In this document: in pieces, positions 40,558 to 52,100 of the stretch
Layout of the letters: every line of letters starts with the position of its first letter
How positions within the stretch are numbered: position 1 is the first letter of the stretch
Source: Octopus sinensis
Taxonomy: Eukaryota
Assembly (NCBI RefSeq): GCF_006345805.1
Contig: NC_043001.1
Span: 124,001 to 188,000, forward strand
Length of the DNA stretch: 64,000 nt
Direction of reading: 5' to 3'
The notes under the pieces: generated by a model
Seen by the model: only the letters and a program-made list of their open reading frames with translations
Told to the model about the DNA's origin: nothing
The model's database searches: none
Translations under genes and position numbers: made by a program

Positions 40558-41162
40558 CATTCATAAATACATACATGGTGGCTGCCCCCTCGTTATCGAG
40601 TATGGCCATTGCACGAAGCTTAATCAATGTTGTTATCGTGCAATGCCTGTGCAAGAAGATATTTTTTAAAGTGTGGAAAGGCTGTGCACTGAATCAATCC
40701 CACTTTCTAAGCAACAGTAGCCATAATCCGAAAAGAAGAGCAAGTCGGCATCATCGGTAACCACCGAGCCGCAGGTTTTTATGTTGGTGTTGGAGTTATC
40801 CCAGTTATCTGAGTTACCTTCTCCTAGAAGGATGCCCTAACAAAGGCTAGGAGTCCTTCACTCCCAATGGTTTAACAGCGCGATCGGGTATTCAGTCCGA
40901 TTATTTCTATGTCCCCGCGCATGATACAGCCTTAAGACATTTATTGGATGGCCGTTGACTCTCAAGAGTTCCTCCGCCCTTTGCAGGTTTATGTTTTTCA
41001 TCCCGCAGGGTGTCCAATAAACACCCTCCTCACCAAGCAATCTTGGTGGGGTTGCCGGTTTAGTCGCCAATGACCAGACCATGCAACAGGTTGTACTGGG
41101 TTACATGTTACCAGTAACACTCGAACGTGACCTGACATACACATACATATATACATACATGC

Positions 41163-41195
<33 letters not shown>

Positions 41196-41776
41196 CATAC
41201 GTATAGATATATACATATGTGTGTGCGTGTAAGTATGTAAGTAAATGTAAGTATTAGCAATTAGACAGATCAATAAATAAAGTCCTAGCTTAAAATATAA
41301 TTTCTTATATGATTTTTAAAATTTATTCTGTGTCAGATCTTGCCTTCCCTGATAGATAGGCCTCTTAATCAGGACAGATTTGTGCAATTTTTCGCCAAGA
41401 ATCATCATTGAGGATATTTTTTGCCTTTAGAAATTATTTAATAACTTATAAGTTCTTACAACTTTGGCACACGTAATGCTTTGCTTTCGTTGGTTTAATA
41501 AATATTCCTCCAACTTATGATTTTGCTTTCATTTCGTGATAGTCAGCTATCATGCCGAAAATGCCAGCTTCTAAATCCTGTTTTATGATTAGGTAATATT
41601 TGTTAAACTTTAAACCTCAGTAACCTTTTTCTGCAACTTTTCTGCAACAAATAAATAACAAAGTTATTTCAAGTTACTAAACTTGGAAATATTGACCTAG
41701 TTGTAGACTCCCAAAATATGTGACAGTAACAGGGATGTCCCTACAAAATTAGAGAGACAGACAGTTATAGGACGTG

Positions 41777-41820
<44 letters not shown>

Positions 41821-42417
41821 AAATACGTACACACAGGGAAACACGAGTTTAAAATGTATAATAGACATATGCATGTACCATGTATGTATATATTCATATG
41901 TATGCGTGTGTCTATGTGTGAGTGTTTCTTTGCCCATAAACTTCAGAAAAGCCACCCACTCTGTCTCTCATGAAAGCTACGTATTCATAAAATACACCCT
42001 TCTCTGTGTATGTGTGTGTTGTATCAATGTATTTACAAAAGTATGTATGCAGCGTCGCGTGTATATGACAGCTATATTAACATTAAAATTCCATTCTTGC
42101 TGATGTTCTCGCCTTCACTGATAGAAGTCTCCCTCTCTCTTTGATACTCTCTTTCTGTCAAATTAATACGTTTTGCAACTTTATCATTTTATAATTTTAT
42201 TTGTTCCAATGCCCCTGGGTTGCACGTTATAGATTTTTATAGGAATCCAATTAACTTATCACTTAACTGAATGTTAGCGTAACATGAACGGAAAGCTTCG
42301 TGAATATTGGTTCATTGGTTTAAACAATAAGATGGTAAAAGTCATTCTGACTCTTATTTCTAGCAATGTTGCTGCTGCTTACTAGCAACATTAGTCACTT
42401 CATATTATATATATATA

Positions 42418-43387
42418 TGAAACCCGGGACCCTACCAAGTCGAGCGACGACGATCGACCGGCTCGATCGACCGGCTCGATCGAACGGTGAATTCGCCACG
42501 GACACAGAGAGAGAGAGAATTCGGTGGAGGAAGGCAGCAGCGAACTCGGCAACCGGCGACCGGAGAGAACAACAACAAACAACGACAGCGGGAAGAGACA
42601 CAGAAACACGGCGGAAGGCAATTTGGCCTACGTTTAACAACAATAGTTTATAACAATTATTACATCAAATACATCAAAGAAAATACGTGCAAGAAAACAA
42701 GGAAACAACAAATCAAAGCATGCAGATACAATAACAGTTCAGAGACAAATCGGTTCAGTTCAATTAAAACAAATAATGTTCACATTAACGATACAGTTCA
42801 ATACATTAGAGTCTTTCTCCTTCTTTCTTTCTTTTCAACAACTCTTTTCACAACTCTTTACAGTTCTTTCTTTGCTTTCCGCAATTCTGTAACAGTTCTT
42901 TTCACATATCAAAACATAAATAAACATACCGTTACGAGCTACTACAATAGCCAGTGCCCTCATACTGTAGTCCCTCTCTCTTAGCTCCTTAATCCTATCT
43001 GTCTGTCTTCCTCTACGCTGTCGCTGCCTCTCGCCGTAATCCTATCTGCCTGTCTTCCTCTTTCACATTCACTGTCATTCTCGCGCTTGTCATCCCTCAG
43101 ATTGTCTGTCTGTCTTTCTCAACTGACCGCCTTCGTATCATTGCCACCTTCTTGGCTGACCGTCCGTATCGCTCCCGTCTCTGGCCAGAACTGCCGGAGA
43201 CTCACAGCTCCTGCTTTTTTATAGGGTACATCCTCGAACTTTCCTTGACCGGAACAAGGCCAAAGGTCTCCTCAAAACTCATCAATCCTTCCAGTATCTG
43301 ACGGAACAAAGGATTTACTCGCCTGCTTGACGCCAGCTCACAAAAAGTAGGTCGTAGCACTCAGTTTCCGAACTGACCTCCATAACA
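42418..43387 (-). mobile_element. Possible solo LTR (~970 bp)
   Basis: TG...CA ends (TGTTA...TTTCA on minus), CTATAAAAAG TATA-like motif about 170 nt in, CpG-rich segment. No target-site duplication or primer-binding site found. Confidence 0.35.
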
Positions 43388-43504
43388 CTATGTATGTATG
43401 TATATATGTATGTATATATGTATGTATATATGTATGTATATAAGTATGTATGTATATATATATGTATGTATGTATATATGTATATATATGTGTGTATATA
43501 TATG

Positions 43505-43567
<63 letters not shown>

Positions 43568-43641
43568 GTGTGTATATATATATGTGTATGTATATATATG
43601 TGTATATATATATGTATATATATATACATATATATATATAT

Positions 43642-44007
43642 ATACAAAATTTAGAGGACTGACCACTAAAAGTGGACAGCCTATATGCTAAACATAGACG
43701 TCAAATCGCCATTTACCACGAAGAATGTGTTCTCAAGAAAAATCTCAGCAAAAAGCCAAAGTGTAAAAATAAGCAAAGACACATGAAAATATACGAAATA
43801 AAAAACGATTACCTATGTCCCAATTGGTTTCACTTGTTAATATGTACGTATTTCGAATATTTTCATGTGTCTTTGCTTATTTTTACACTTTGGCTTTTTG
43901 CTGAGATTTTTCTTGAGAACACGTTCTTCGTGGTAAATGGCGATTTGACCTCTATGTTTAGTATATAGGCTGTCCACTTTTAGTGGTCAGTCCTCTAAAT
44001 TTTGTAT
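43642..44007. repeat. Fold-back inverted repeat, ~159-bp arms, 48-bp spacer
   Basis: 43642-43800 is the reverse complement of 43849-44007 with a few mismatches; the arm is homologous to the single-copy 40045-40215. Confidence 0.92.
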
Positions 44008-44400
44008 GAAAAAAAACTTTTCAATCTTCGGATTTTTTTAAAATACGCTAAGCCAATGGTTTTAATTGATTAATATCAATTTCTACCCTTAGTTAACTTT
44101 CCCTCTCATTCTCAACATCCAATCTCCTCATTCTACATTGAGTGAAAATCGGGATGGACGCTTCGATTTTGTTTTGGTGCCTCGCTCTGTTGTACACGAC
44201 TATGAGGATTTGCATCCCCAACGTAATTCGTCTTTTTCCCAAACTAATGTAATACATGTCCTTGGAGTAGTACTTGTACGCGGCTGAAGAAGGCTATTGA
44301 CATACAAATTACATCAAATATGCATTGATATAAACCGTCTAATAAAAGCCAGAAACATATGTACCGCTAAATCCTTTGCATCATGTTTTTATTTTGATAA

Positions 44401-44431
<31 letters not shown>

Positions 44432-44471
44432 ATATATTATATATATATATATATAATATATATATATATAT

Positions 44472-44630
44472 AGGCGTGGCTGCGTGGTAAGACTTTTGCT
44501 TAACAACTACATAGTTCTGGGTTCAGACTCTCCGTGTAACCTTGGACAAGTGTCCTCTACCCTGGCCTCGGGTTGACCAAAGTCTTGTGAGTTGGTTTGG
44601 TAGAAGGAAACGGAAAGAAGCCCTTCGTTT
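44472..44630 (+). mobile_element. Diverged 5' half of the SINE family at 7032
   Basis: GGCGTGGCTGCGTGGTAAG...CTTGGACAAGTGTCCTCT...GAAAGAAGCCC. Confidence 0.65.
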
Positions 44631-45153
44631 ATGTATGTACGTGCGGGCGCACGTGTACACACACATATACATACACACATACATATAGATAGATAGATAT
44701 ATAAAAATGCATAACCCCAGGTATATGTACGTATCTTTTGTTTGTATTCATAACGTGTTTCCATATTCTGAGAGGGGGTCATGCTTTGGAACCGATTTTA
44801 AGTTTTTAATCGAACGTATCAAGCCGTGTAATTTCTAAGCTTGACACTCATTTTATCGGTAGAATTTGCCGCATCGCTAGATAAGATGGACGTTCACTGC
44901 GCTTGTCAAGCATCGCCGGGACAATTAAAAATGTGAAGATACACATCAACAGTCACACATATGATATGTATGTATTGCTACGACCAACAGTCACTGCTGC
45001 TACTGCTATTTCGGCCACTGGTCATTTACCTAACTTATTAAACATATAAGACAGCTATTATGCTTACTCCCCACAAAAAACCACCACGTGGATTCTGTTG
45101 AGACCAGTGAGAAACAATTATGAACTTTTTTATCACGCTTAACTTTTAAATAT

Positions 45154-45201
45154 ATTTTTGATAAGGTTCGTTTTATCAAGAAGAACCGAAACATGTAAAA
45201 T
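45154..45201 (+). ncRNA. Degenerate hammerhead motif
   Basis: ATTT TTGATAA GGTTC...GAACC GAAAC AT GTA AAAT; helices intact, two core substitutions. Confidence 0.5.
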
Positions 45202-45338
45202 TTCTAAGAAAATTAAAATTTATCTTATATAGTGGCGTTTTCAAACTTCTTTTTTATAAATATATATCCACTCGTATACGACCTACACTTATTATAAATA
45301 CATATATATATATATATATATATATTAATAATATATAT

Positions 45339-45393
<55 letters not shown>

Positions 45394-45521
45394 CATATAT
45401 ATATATAAATACATTTTGAATTTGTTGGCACTGTCAGTTGGAGCTGGTTCATTTGAAGCGATAAGTTCGCAGATAGGTAAGGTTCCTTCTTTTTAGTGTT
45501 TCCAAATCCAAATTAAGAAAT

Positions 45522-45584
45522 TTTGAGCTGACGAAAGAAATGCTGATTTTACTTGGCTAATCTTGAAACGTTGACGTACTCAAA
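45522..45584 (+). ncRNA. Type I hammerhead ribozyme, intact core, A-U at the base of stem II
   Basis: TTTGAG CTGACGA AAGA...TCTT GAAAC GTTGAC GTA CTCAAA. Confidence 0.75.
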
Positions 45585-45824
45585 CGATCTATGTACTTGT
45601 GATATTTTTCTGTATTTTACCTCCAAACCTTCGTGAGCTGTCTGGAGTAAACATTATCTGAGAGAAATTTTCTTTAAGTAGTAGAAACGGCTAAAAAATT
45701 TTTTGGCTGCTATTTCTACTAAGTTCAGTATGTGGCAAAGTAATTTATTTTACTAAGCCCTAATTATATAAATACATATATATATAAATACATATATATA
45801 TATATAAATACATAATATATATAT

Positions 45825-45887
<63 letters not shown>

Positions 45888-46055
45888 CATATATATATAT
45901 ATATATATAAAACATATATATATATATATATATAAATACATATATATATATAAATACATATATATATATATATATATATTCAAAATGTGACCCCGTGTGT
46001 ACCGTTGGCGATTTTTTTCTTCTGTCTCCCTTCTCTGGATCTTTCCTTCTCCTAT

Positions 46056-46090
46056 GTTTCCGACGAAGAGCTCCGCTTGAAACGTTAAAC
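46056..46090 (+). ncRNA. Minimal hammerhead motif (U4 to C) in a short repeat at ~45980-46190
   Basis: GTTT CCGACGA A GAGC TCC GCTT GAAAC GT T AAAC; loopless palindromic stem III, the minimal/dimeric type. Confidence 0.55.
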
Positions 46091-46195
46091 CCTCCTTCTT
46101 CTCTTCCTTCCTGAGCGTCCAATAATACTATATTTGTTCCACGTCCTCGCGTTGTTGGTTTTTTTGTGCTTTCTTGTTTGGATTAACTATTATAT

Positions 46196-46244
<49 letters not shown>

Positions 46245-46254
46245 ATATATATAT

Positions 46255-46296
<42 letters not shown>

Positions 46297-46476
46297 TAAG
46301 TAATTAGGGTTCAGCAACGATTTGCCTCACCACACATCGAATTTAAAAATAGCAGTCAAAAAGTCTTGGCTATTCTTTCTACTTTAAAGGGAGATCCCAG
46401 TAAAACCAAAGCACTTAAAAACAAACGACGCAGGTAAGAGAGAAAGAAATGACGAAAATCATTCTATATTAAGTTG

Positions 46477-46566
46477 CCTATGGACGCGCGTTTCGGAATT
46501 AAGCCAGTATAGAGCATAAAAATAAATAATTATACCTTACCTGACTATTTTCCTCATCAGCGTAGG
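46477..46566 (-). ncRNA. Type I hammerhead ribozyme, GUC site, one mismatch in stem I
   Basis: Minus strand CCTACG CTGATGA GGAA...TTCC GAAA CGCGC GTC CATAGG; stem III palindrome ACGCGCGT. Confidence 0.75.
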
Positions 46567-46939
46567 ATTCTTCAATTATAAATAATTGCGTCTCAATTAT
46601 AAAATAATTGTGTATTAAATTTGAAGGCACTAGAAAATATCATTTCAACTCATGGTATCAGAGAGAACGTATACCCTGCTAGTACCGCCAAATTCAAAAA
46701 GTGAATGAAAGTAAGTCACTCTCCCCTGTCCACCAGCGTGTTGCCAAGACTTTTTGTCTGCTATTTCTAAATTCGGTGCTGAACTCTAATTACTTAGTAT
46801 TACTTAAACTTACCTTGAATAGGTCTTTTGCATGCCGAATTCTACTTGGTGAAATTACTGATTACTTCTTAATTAATTAATTTCACCCTTTGTTATTATT
46901 TATATATGTATATATATATATATATCTATATATATATAT

Positions 46940-47001
<62 letters not shown>

Positions 47002-47210
47002 ATATATATCTATATATATATATATTATATATATATATATATACGCTCATATAACAATATACGCATGTGCACATGTATGTACATGAGTGTCCACCCTAAA
47101 ATCGATGCTGACACAACACTGGAACTGGACAGCATCCGTCTCCAGTGAAACGCAACAGAATTGAAAAGCATCGATATTGTAAAATTTAAATGAAGTAGCC
47201 AGACGGGTGT

Positions 47211-47245
<35 letters not shown>

Positions 47246-47541
47246 CTCTCTCACGGATACACGTACAAACACATGTTTATTTGTATGCATTTATATATTT
47301 GTGGTGGTTGCGGTTGATGTTTCTGTGTGTGATGGACACTTGCATATACCTGTGATGGTAGTCGTTGACAATCTTGTTTGAGCAGGTGTTTTGCATAAGA
47401 GACATCCTGTTCTCACCTGCGGTCTTTTACCTGACAATGGATCCGATTGATGTCAATGGCCCTTTGTTGTTCTACTTTTCACCTCTCAGGTGATTCTATC
47501 AAATGGATATGATCTGCATAATGCCGTTTGCATAATGCCGT

Positions 47542-47988
47542 TTGCATAATGCCAAATCTGCATTATGCAGTTCATATCCATTTGATAGAATCACCTGTCA
47601 AAGTAATTGTGCAGTATGTTCGACAAACCCACATGTGAACTGCAAAACCAAGGGCACTGTATACCAAATTGAGTGCCAAGAAGGAGCTTGCGAGACTAAC
47701 CCAGAGTCATACATAGGTGAGACTTCTAGAAGTATCAATGATAGGTTCAAAGAACACCTGGACAACTACATTGAAAGGAAGCCAAACTCCATCTTCTACC
47801 AACATGCTGTGGACTGCCACGGGGGATCCTCAGGGAAACTTAAGTTGAACATCCTATCAACACATCCCACCGATGCAATGTTGAGACAGGTCACAGAAGC
47901 TGTTTGTATACAAGAATACAAACCTACTCTCAACCGAAAATCCGAATGGTGTAACATCCAGATCCCATTCAGGAGGACCATTCTATAA
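47542..47988 (+). mobile_element. Penelope-like GIY-YIG endonuclease ORF, uninterrupted, no RT nearby
   Basis: CAVC...CKTKGTVYQIEC...YIGETSRS...RFKEH...H...H...R..TEAVCI...PTLNRKSEW. Confidence 0.85.
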
Positions 47989-48623
47989 CCACCTCTCTCT
48001 CTCCCTCGTTTACATGTAATCCTTACATACATGTTGCAATGCGTGGTGCTAAGACACTTATGTGCAGTTATATATAACCGTATGAGCGTACGTTGTTCGA
48101 TACGTATGTGCGTGTGTGGTGCTATAAGAAAAATGCACATGCATGCACTTATGAGCATGTATGGATGTATGTATGTATTGTATATGTATGCGCTTATGCA
48201 TATATAAAAAAAAAAAAAAGAAAAAAGAAAAGAGCAGATAGGTTAATATAATGCATGTTCGATTTTTAACCGTTGCCCTTGTATACTGTGTCGTATTTTG
48301 TATGTGTGTGTGTGTGTGTGCGTATGTATGTTTATGCATGTGTATGCATGTGTGTGCATGTGTGTGTGCGTGTGTGTGTGTGTGTGCATGTGTGTGTGCG
48401 TGTGTGTGTGCGTGTGTGTGTGTGCATGTGTGTAATAGGACATATGTATGTAGAAGTGGATAAGTATATATGAGTATATAATTTAAGATTATATGTATAT
48501 TTATGAGTGTGTCTATATGATTGTGTGTTCTTGCGTATATGTATATGGTTATATGTGCACAGTTGCACCGAAATGTTGTATCCATTCACAGTTAGACGAT
48601 GATGAGAGGAACAAACACACACC

Positions 48624-48671
<48 letters not shown>

Positions 48672-48737
48672 ATATATATATATGTGCGTCTATACAAACA
48701 TATATGTGTGTATATAGACAACCTTCAACAAAGTGAC

Positions 48738-48833
48738 GGCGAGCTGGCAGAAACGTTAGCACGCCGGGCGAAATGCGTAGCCGTATTTCGTCTGTCGTTA
48801 CGTTCCGAGTTCAAATTCCGCCGAGGTCGACTT
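48738..48833 (+). mobile_element. tRNA-like SINE head (family of 205-697)
   Basis: GGCGAGCTGGCAGAAACGTTAG (A box) and GAGTTCAAATTCC (B box). Confidence 0.7.
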
Positions 48834-49076
48834 CAGGGAGTGACGACCCTGCCTGACACGAGTTCCGGGCTCAGCTGGCTGACAGTACCCGGTATGGGCC
48901 CCTATCCAGGGTTACGGAAAGGAGACAACCTTCAAAGAAATCCGGAGTGGAGCCCCGAAGGCGGTCTAGTGTTCGACTCGACACTCTTCCGGCAGCTCCT
49001 GCAACCAAGCTGGTGCCAAACGTAATGCACTGCACTCCTTTGGACTACATCAGCAAGGTCGAGAGAGAAAACCTGA

Positions 49077-49176
49077 NNNNNNNNNNNNNNNNNNNNNNNN
49101 NNNNNNNNNNNNNNNNNNNNNNNNNNNNNNNNNNNNNNNNNNNNNNNNNNNNNNNNNNNNNNNNNNNNNNNNNNNN
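49077..49176. other. Assembly gap (100 N)
   Basis: Direct reading. Confidence 1.
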
Positions 49177-52100
49177 AAGAGAAAGAAAGCGTCTATGTGC
49201 TTAAAGAGGGATTGAGAGCTGAAAGAAGAGGAAGAATGCGTCTATGTGCTTAAAGAGGGATTGAGAGCTGAAAGAAGAGGAAGAATGCGTCTATGTGCTT
49301 AAAGAGGGATTGAGAGCTGAAAGAAGAGGAAGAATGCGTCTATGTGCTTAAAGAGGTATTGAGAGCTGAAAGAAGAGAAAGAATGCGTCTATGTGCTTAA
49401 AGAGAGATTGAGAGCTGAAAGAAGAGGAAGAAAGCGTCTATGTGCTTAAAGAGGGATTGAGAGCTGAAAGAAGAGAAAAAAGCGTCTATGTGCTTAAAAG
49501 AGATTGAGAGCTGAAAGAAGAGAAAGAAAATGCGTCTATGTGCTTAAAGAGAATATTGAGAGCTGAAAGAAGAGAAAGAAAGCGTCTATGTACTTAAGAG
49601 AGGGATTGAGAGCTGAAAGAAGAGAAAGAAAGCGTCTATGTGCTTAAAGAAGAGATTGAGTGCTGAAAGAAGAGAAAGAATGCGTCTATGTGCTTAAGAG
49701 GGATTGAGAGCTGACAGAAGAGAAGAAAGCGTCTATGTGTGCTTAAAGAGAGATTGAGAGCTGAAAGAAGAGAAGAATGCGTCTATGTGCTTAAAGAGGG
49801 ATTGAGAGCTGACAGAAGAGGAAGAAAGCCTCTATGTGCTTAAAGAGAGATTGAGAGCTGAAAGAAGAGAAAGAAATCGTCTATGTGCTTAAAGAGGGAT
49901 TGAGAGCTGACAGAAGAGGAAGAAAGCCTCTATGTGCTTAAAGAGAGATGGAGAGCTGAAAGAAGAGATGAAGAACTCTATGTGCTTAAAGAGAGATTGA
50001 GAGCTGAAAGAAGAGACAGAAAGCGTCTATTGGTGCTTAAAGAGAGATTGAGAGCTGAAAGAAGAGAAAGAAAGCGTCTATGTGCTTAAAGAGAGATTGA
50101 GAGCTGAAAGAAGAGAAAGAAAGCGTCTATGTGCTTAAAGAGAGATTGAGAGCTGAAAGAAGAGAAAGAATCGTCTATGTGCTTAAGAGAGATTGAGGAG
50201 CTGAAAGAAGAGAAGAATGCGTCTATTGCTTAAAGAGGGATTGAGAGCTGAAAGAAGAGAAGAAAGCGTCTATGTGCTTAAAGAGAGATTGAGCTGAAAG
50301 AAGAGAAGAAAAGCCTCTATGTGCTTAAGAGAGATTGAAGCTGAACGAAGAGAAGGAAAGCGCGTCTACGTGCTTAAAGAGAGATTGAGAGCTGAAAGAA
50401 GAGAAAGAAAGCGTCTATGTGCTTAAAGAGAGATTGAGAGCTGAAAGAAGAGAAAGAAAGCGTCTATGTGCTTAAAGAGAGATTGAGAGCTGAAAGAAGA
50501 GAAAGAATGCGTCTATGTGCTTAAAGAGGGATTGAGAGCTGACAGAAGAGGAAGAAAGCCTCTATGTGCTTAAAGAGAGATTGAGAGCTGAAAGAAGAGA
50601 AGGAAAGCGTCTACGTGCTTAAAGAGAGATTGAGAGCTGAAAGAAGAGAAAGAAAGCGTCTATGTGCTTAAAGAGAGATTGAGAGCTGAAAGAAGAGAAA
50701 GAAATCGTCTATGTGCTTAAAGAGAGATTGAGAGCTGAAAGAAGAGAAAGCAAGCGTCTATGTGCTTAAAGAGGGATTGAGAGCTGACAGAAGAGGAAGA
50801 AAGCCTATATGTGCTTAAAGAGAGATTGAGAGCTGAAAGAAGAGAAAGAAAGCGTCTATGTGCTTAAAGAGAGATTGAGAGCTGAAAGAAGAGGAAGAAA
50901 GCGTCTACGTGCTTAAAGAGAGATTGAGAGCTGAAAGAAGAGAAAGAAAGCGTCTACGTGCTTAAAGAGAGTTTGAGAGCTGAAAGAGGAGAAAAAAGCG
51001 TCTATGTACTTAATGAGAGCTGAATGAGATAGATTGAGAGCTGAAAGGAGAGTAAGAAATGAAGAAAGAAGAGAGTTTGAGAGCTGAAAGAAGTGAAATA
51101 AAGCGTCTATGTGCTTAAAGGGAGATTGAGAGCTGAAAGAAGAAAAGAAAGCGTCTATGTGCTTAAAGAGAGATTGAGAGCTTAAAGAAGAACGCTTTCT
51201 TCTTCCTCTTTTTCAGCTCTCAATCTCTCTTTAAGCACATAGACGCTTTCTTTCTCTTCTTTCAGCTCTCAATTTCTCTAAGTACATAGACGCCTTTCTT
51301 CTCTTCTTTCAGCTCTCAATCTCTCTTTAAGCACATAGACGCTTTCTTTCTCTTCTTTCAGCTCTCAATTTCTCTAAGTACATAGACGCTTTCTTCTCTC
51401 TTCTTTCAGCTCTCAATCTCTCTTTAAGCACATAAGAGAGACGCTTTCTTTCTCTTCTTTTAGCTCTCAATCTCTCTTTAAGCACATAGACGCTTTCTTC
51501 CCCTTCTTTCAGCTCTCAATCCCCTTTAAGCACTCAGACGCTTTCTTTCTCTTCTTTCAGCTCTCAATCTCTCTTTAAGCATAGACGGTTTCTTTCTCTT
51601 GCTTTCAGACTCTCAACTCTCTAAGTACATAGACGCTTAAAAGAATTGAGAGACTGAAAGAAGAGAAAGAAAGCGTCTATGTGCTTAAAAAGAGATTGAG
51701 AGCTGAAAGAAGAGAAAGAAAGCGTCTATGTGCTTAAAGATAGATTGAGAGCTGAAAGAAGAGAAAAGAAAGCGTCTATGTGCTTAAAGAGGTATTGAGA
51801 GCTGAAAGAAGAGAAAGAAAGCGTCTATAGTTGCTTAAGAGGTATTGAGAGACTGAAAGAAAGAATGAAAGCGTCTATGTGCTTAAAGAGAGATTGAGAG
51901 CTGAAAGAAGAAAAGAAAGCGTCTATTGCTTAAGAGAGATTGAGAGCTGAAAGAGAGAGTAAGAACGAAGAGAAAGAAGAGAGATTGGAGAGCTGAAGAA
52001 GAGAAAGAAAGCGTCTATGTGCTTAAAGAGAGATTGAGAGCTGAAGATGAGAGTAAGAAAGAAGAGAAGAAGAGAGATTGAGAGCTGAAAGAAGCGAAAG

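Noticed and set aside
40860-41100. APE endonuclease remnant on the minus strand (VIGD-like)
   Set aside because: Single weak motif with multiple stops; not supportable.
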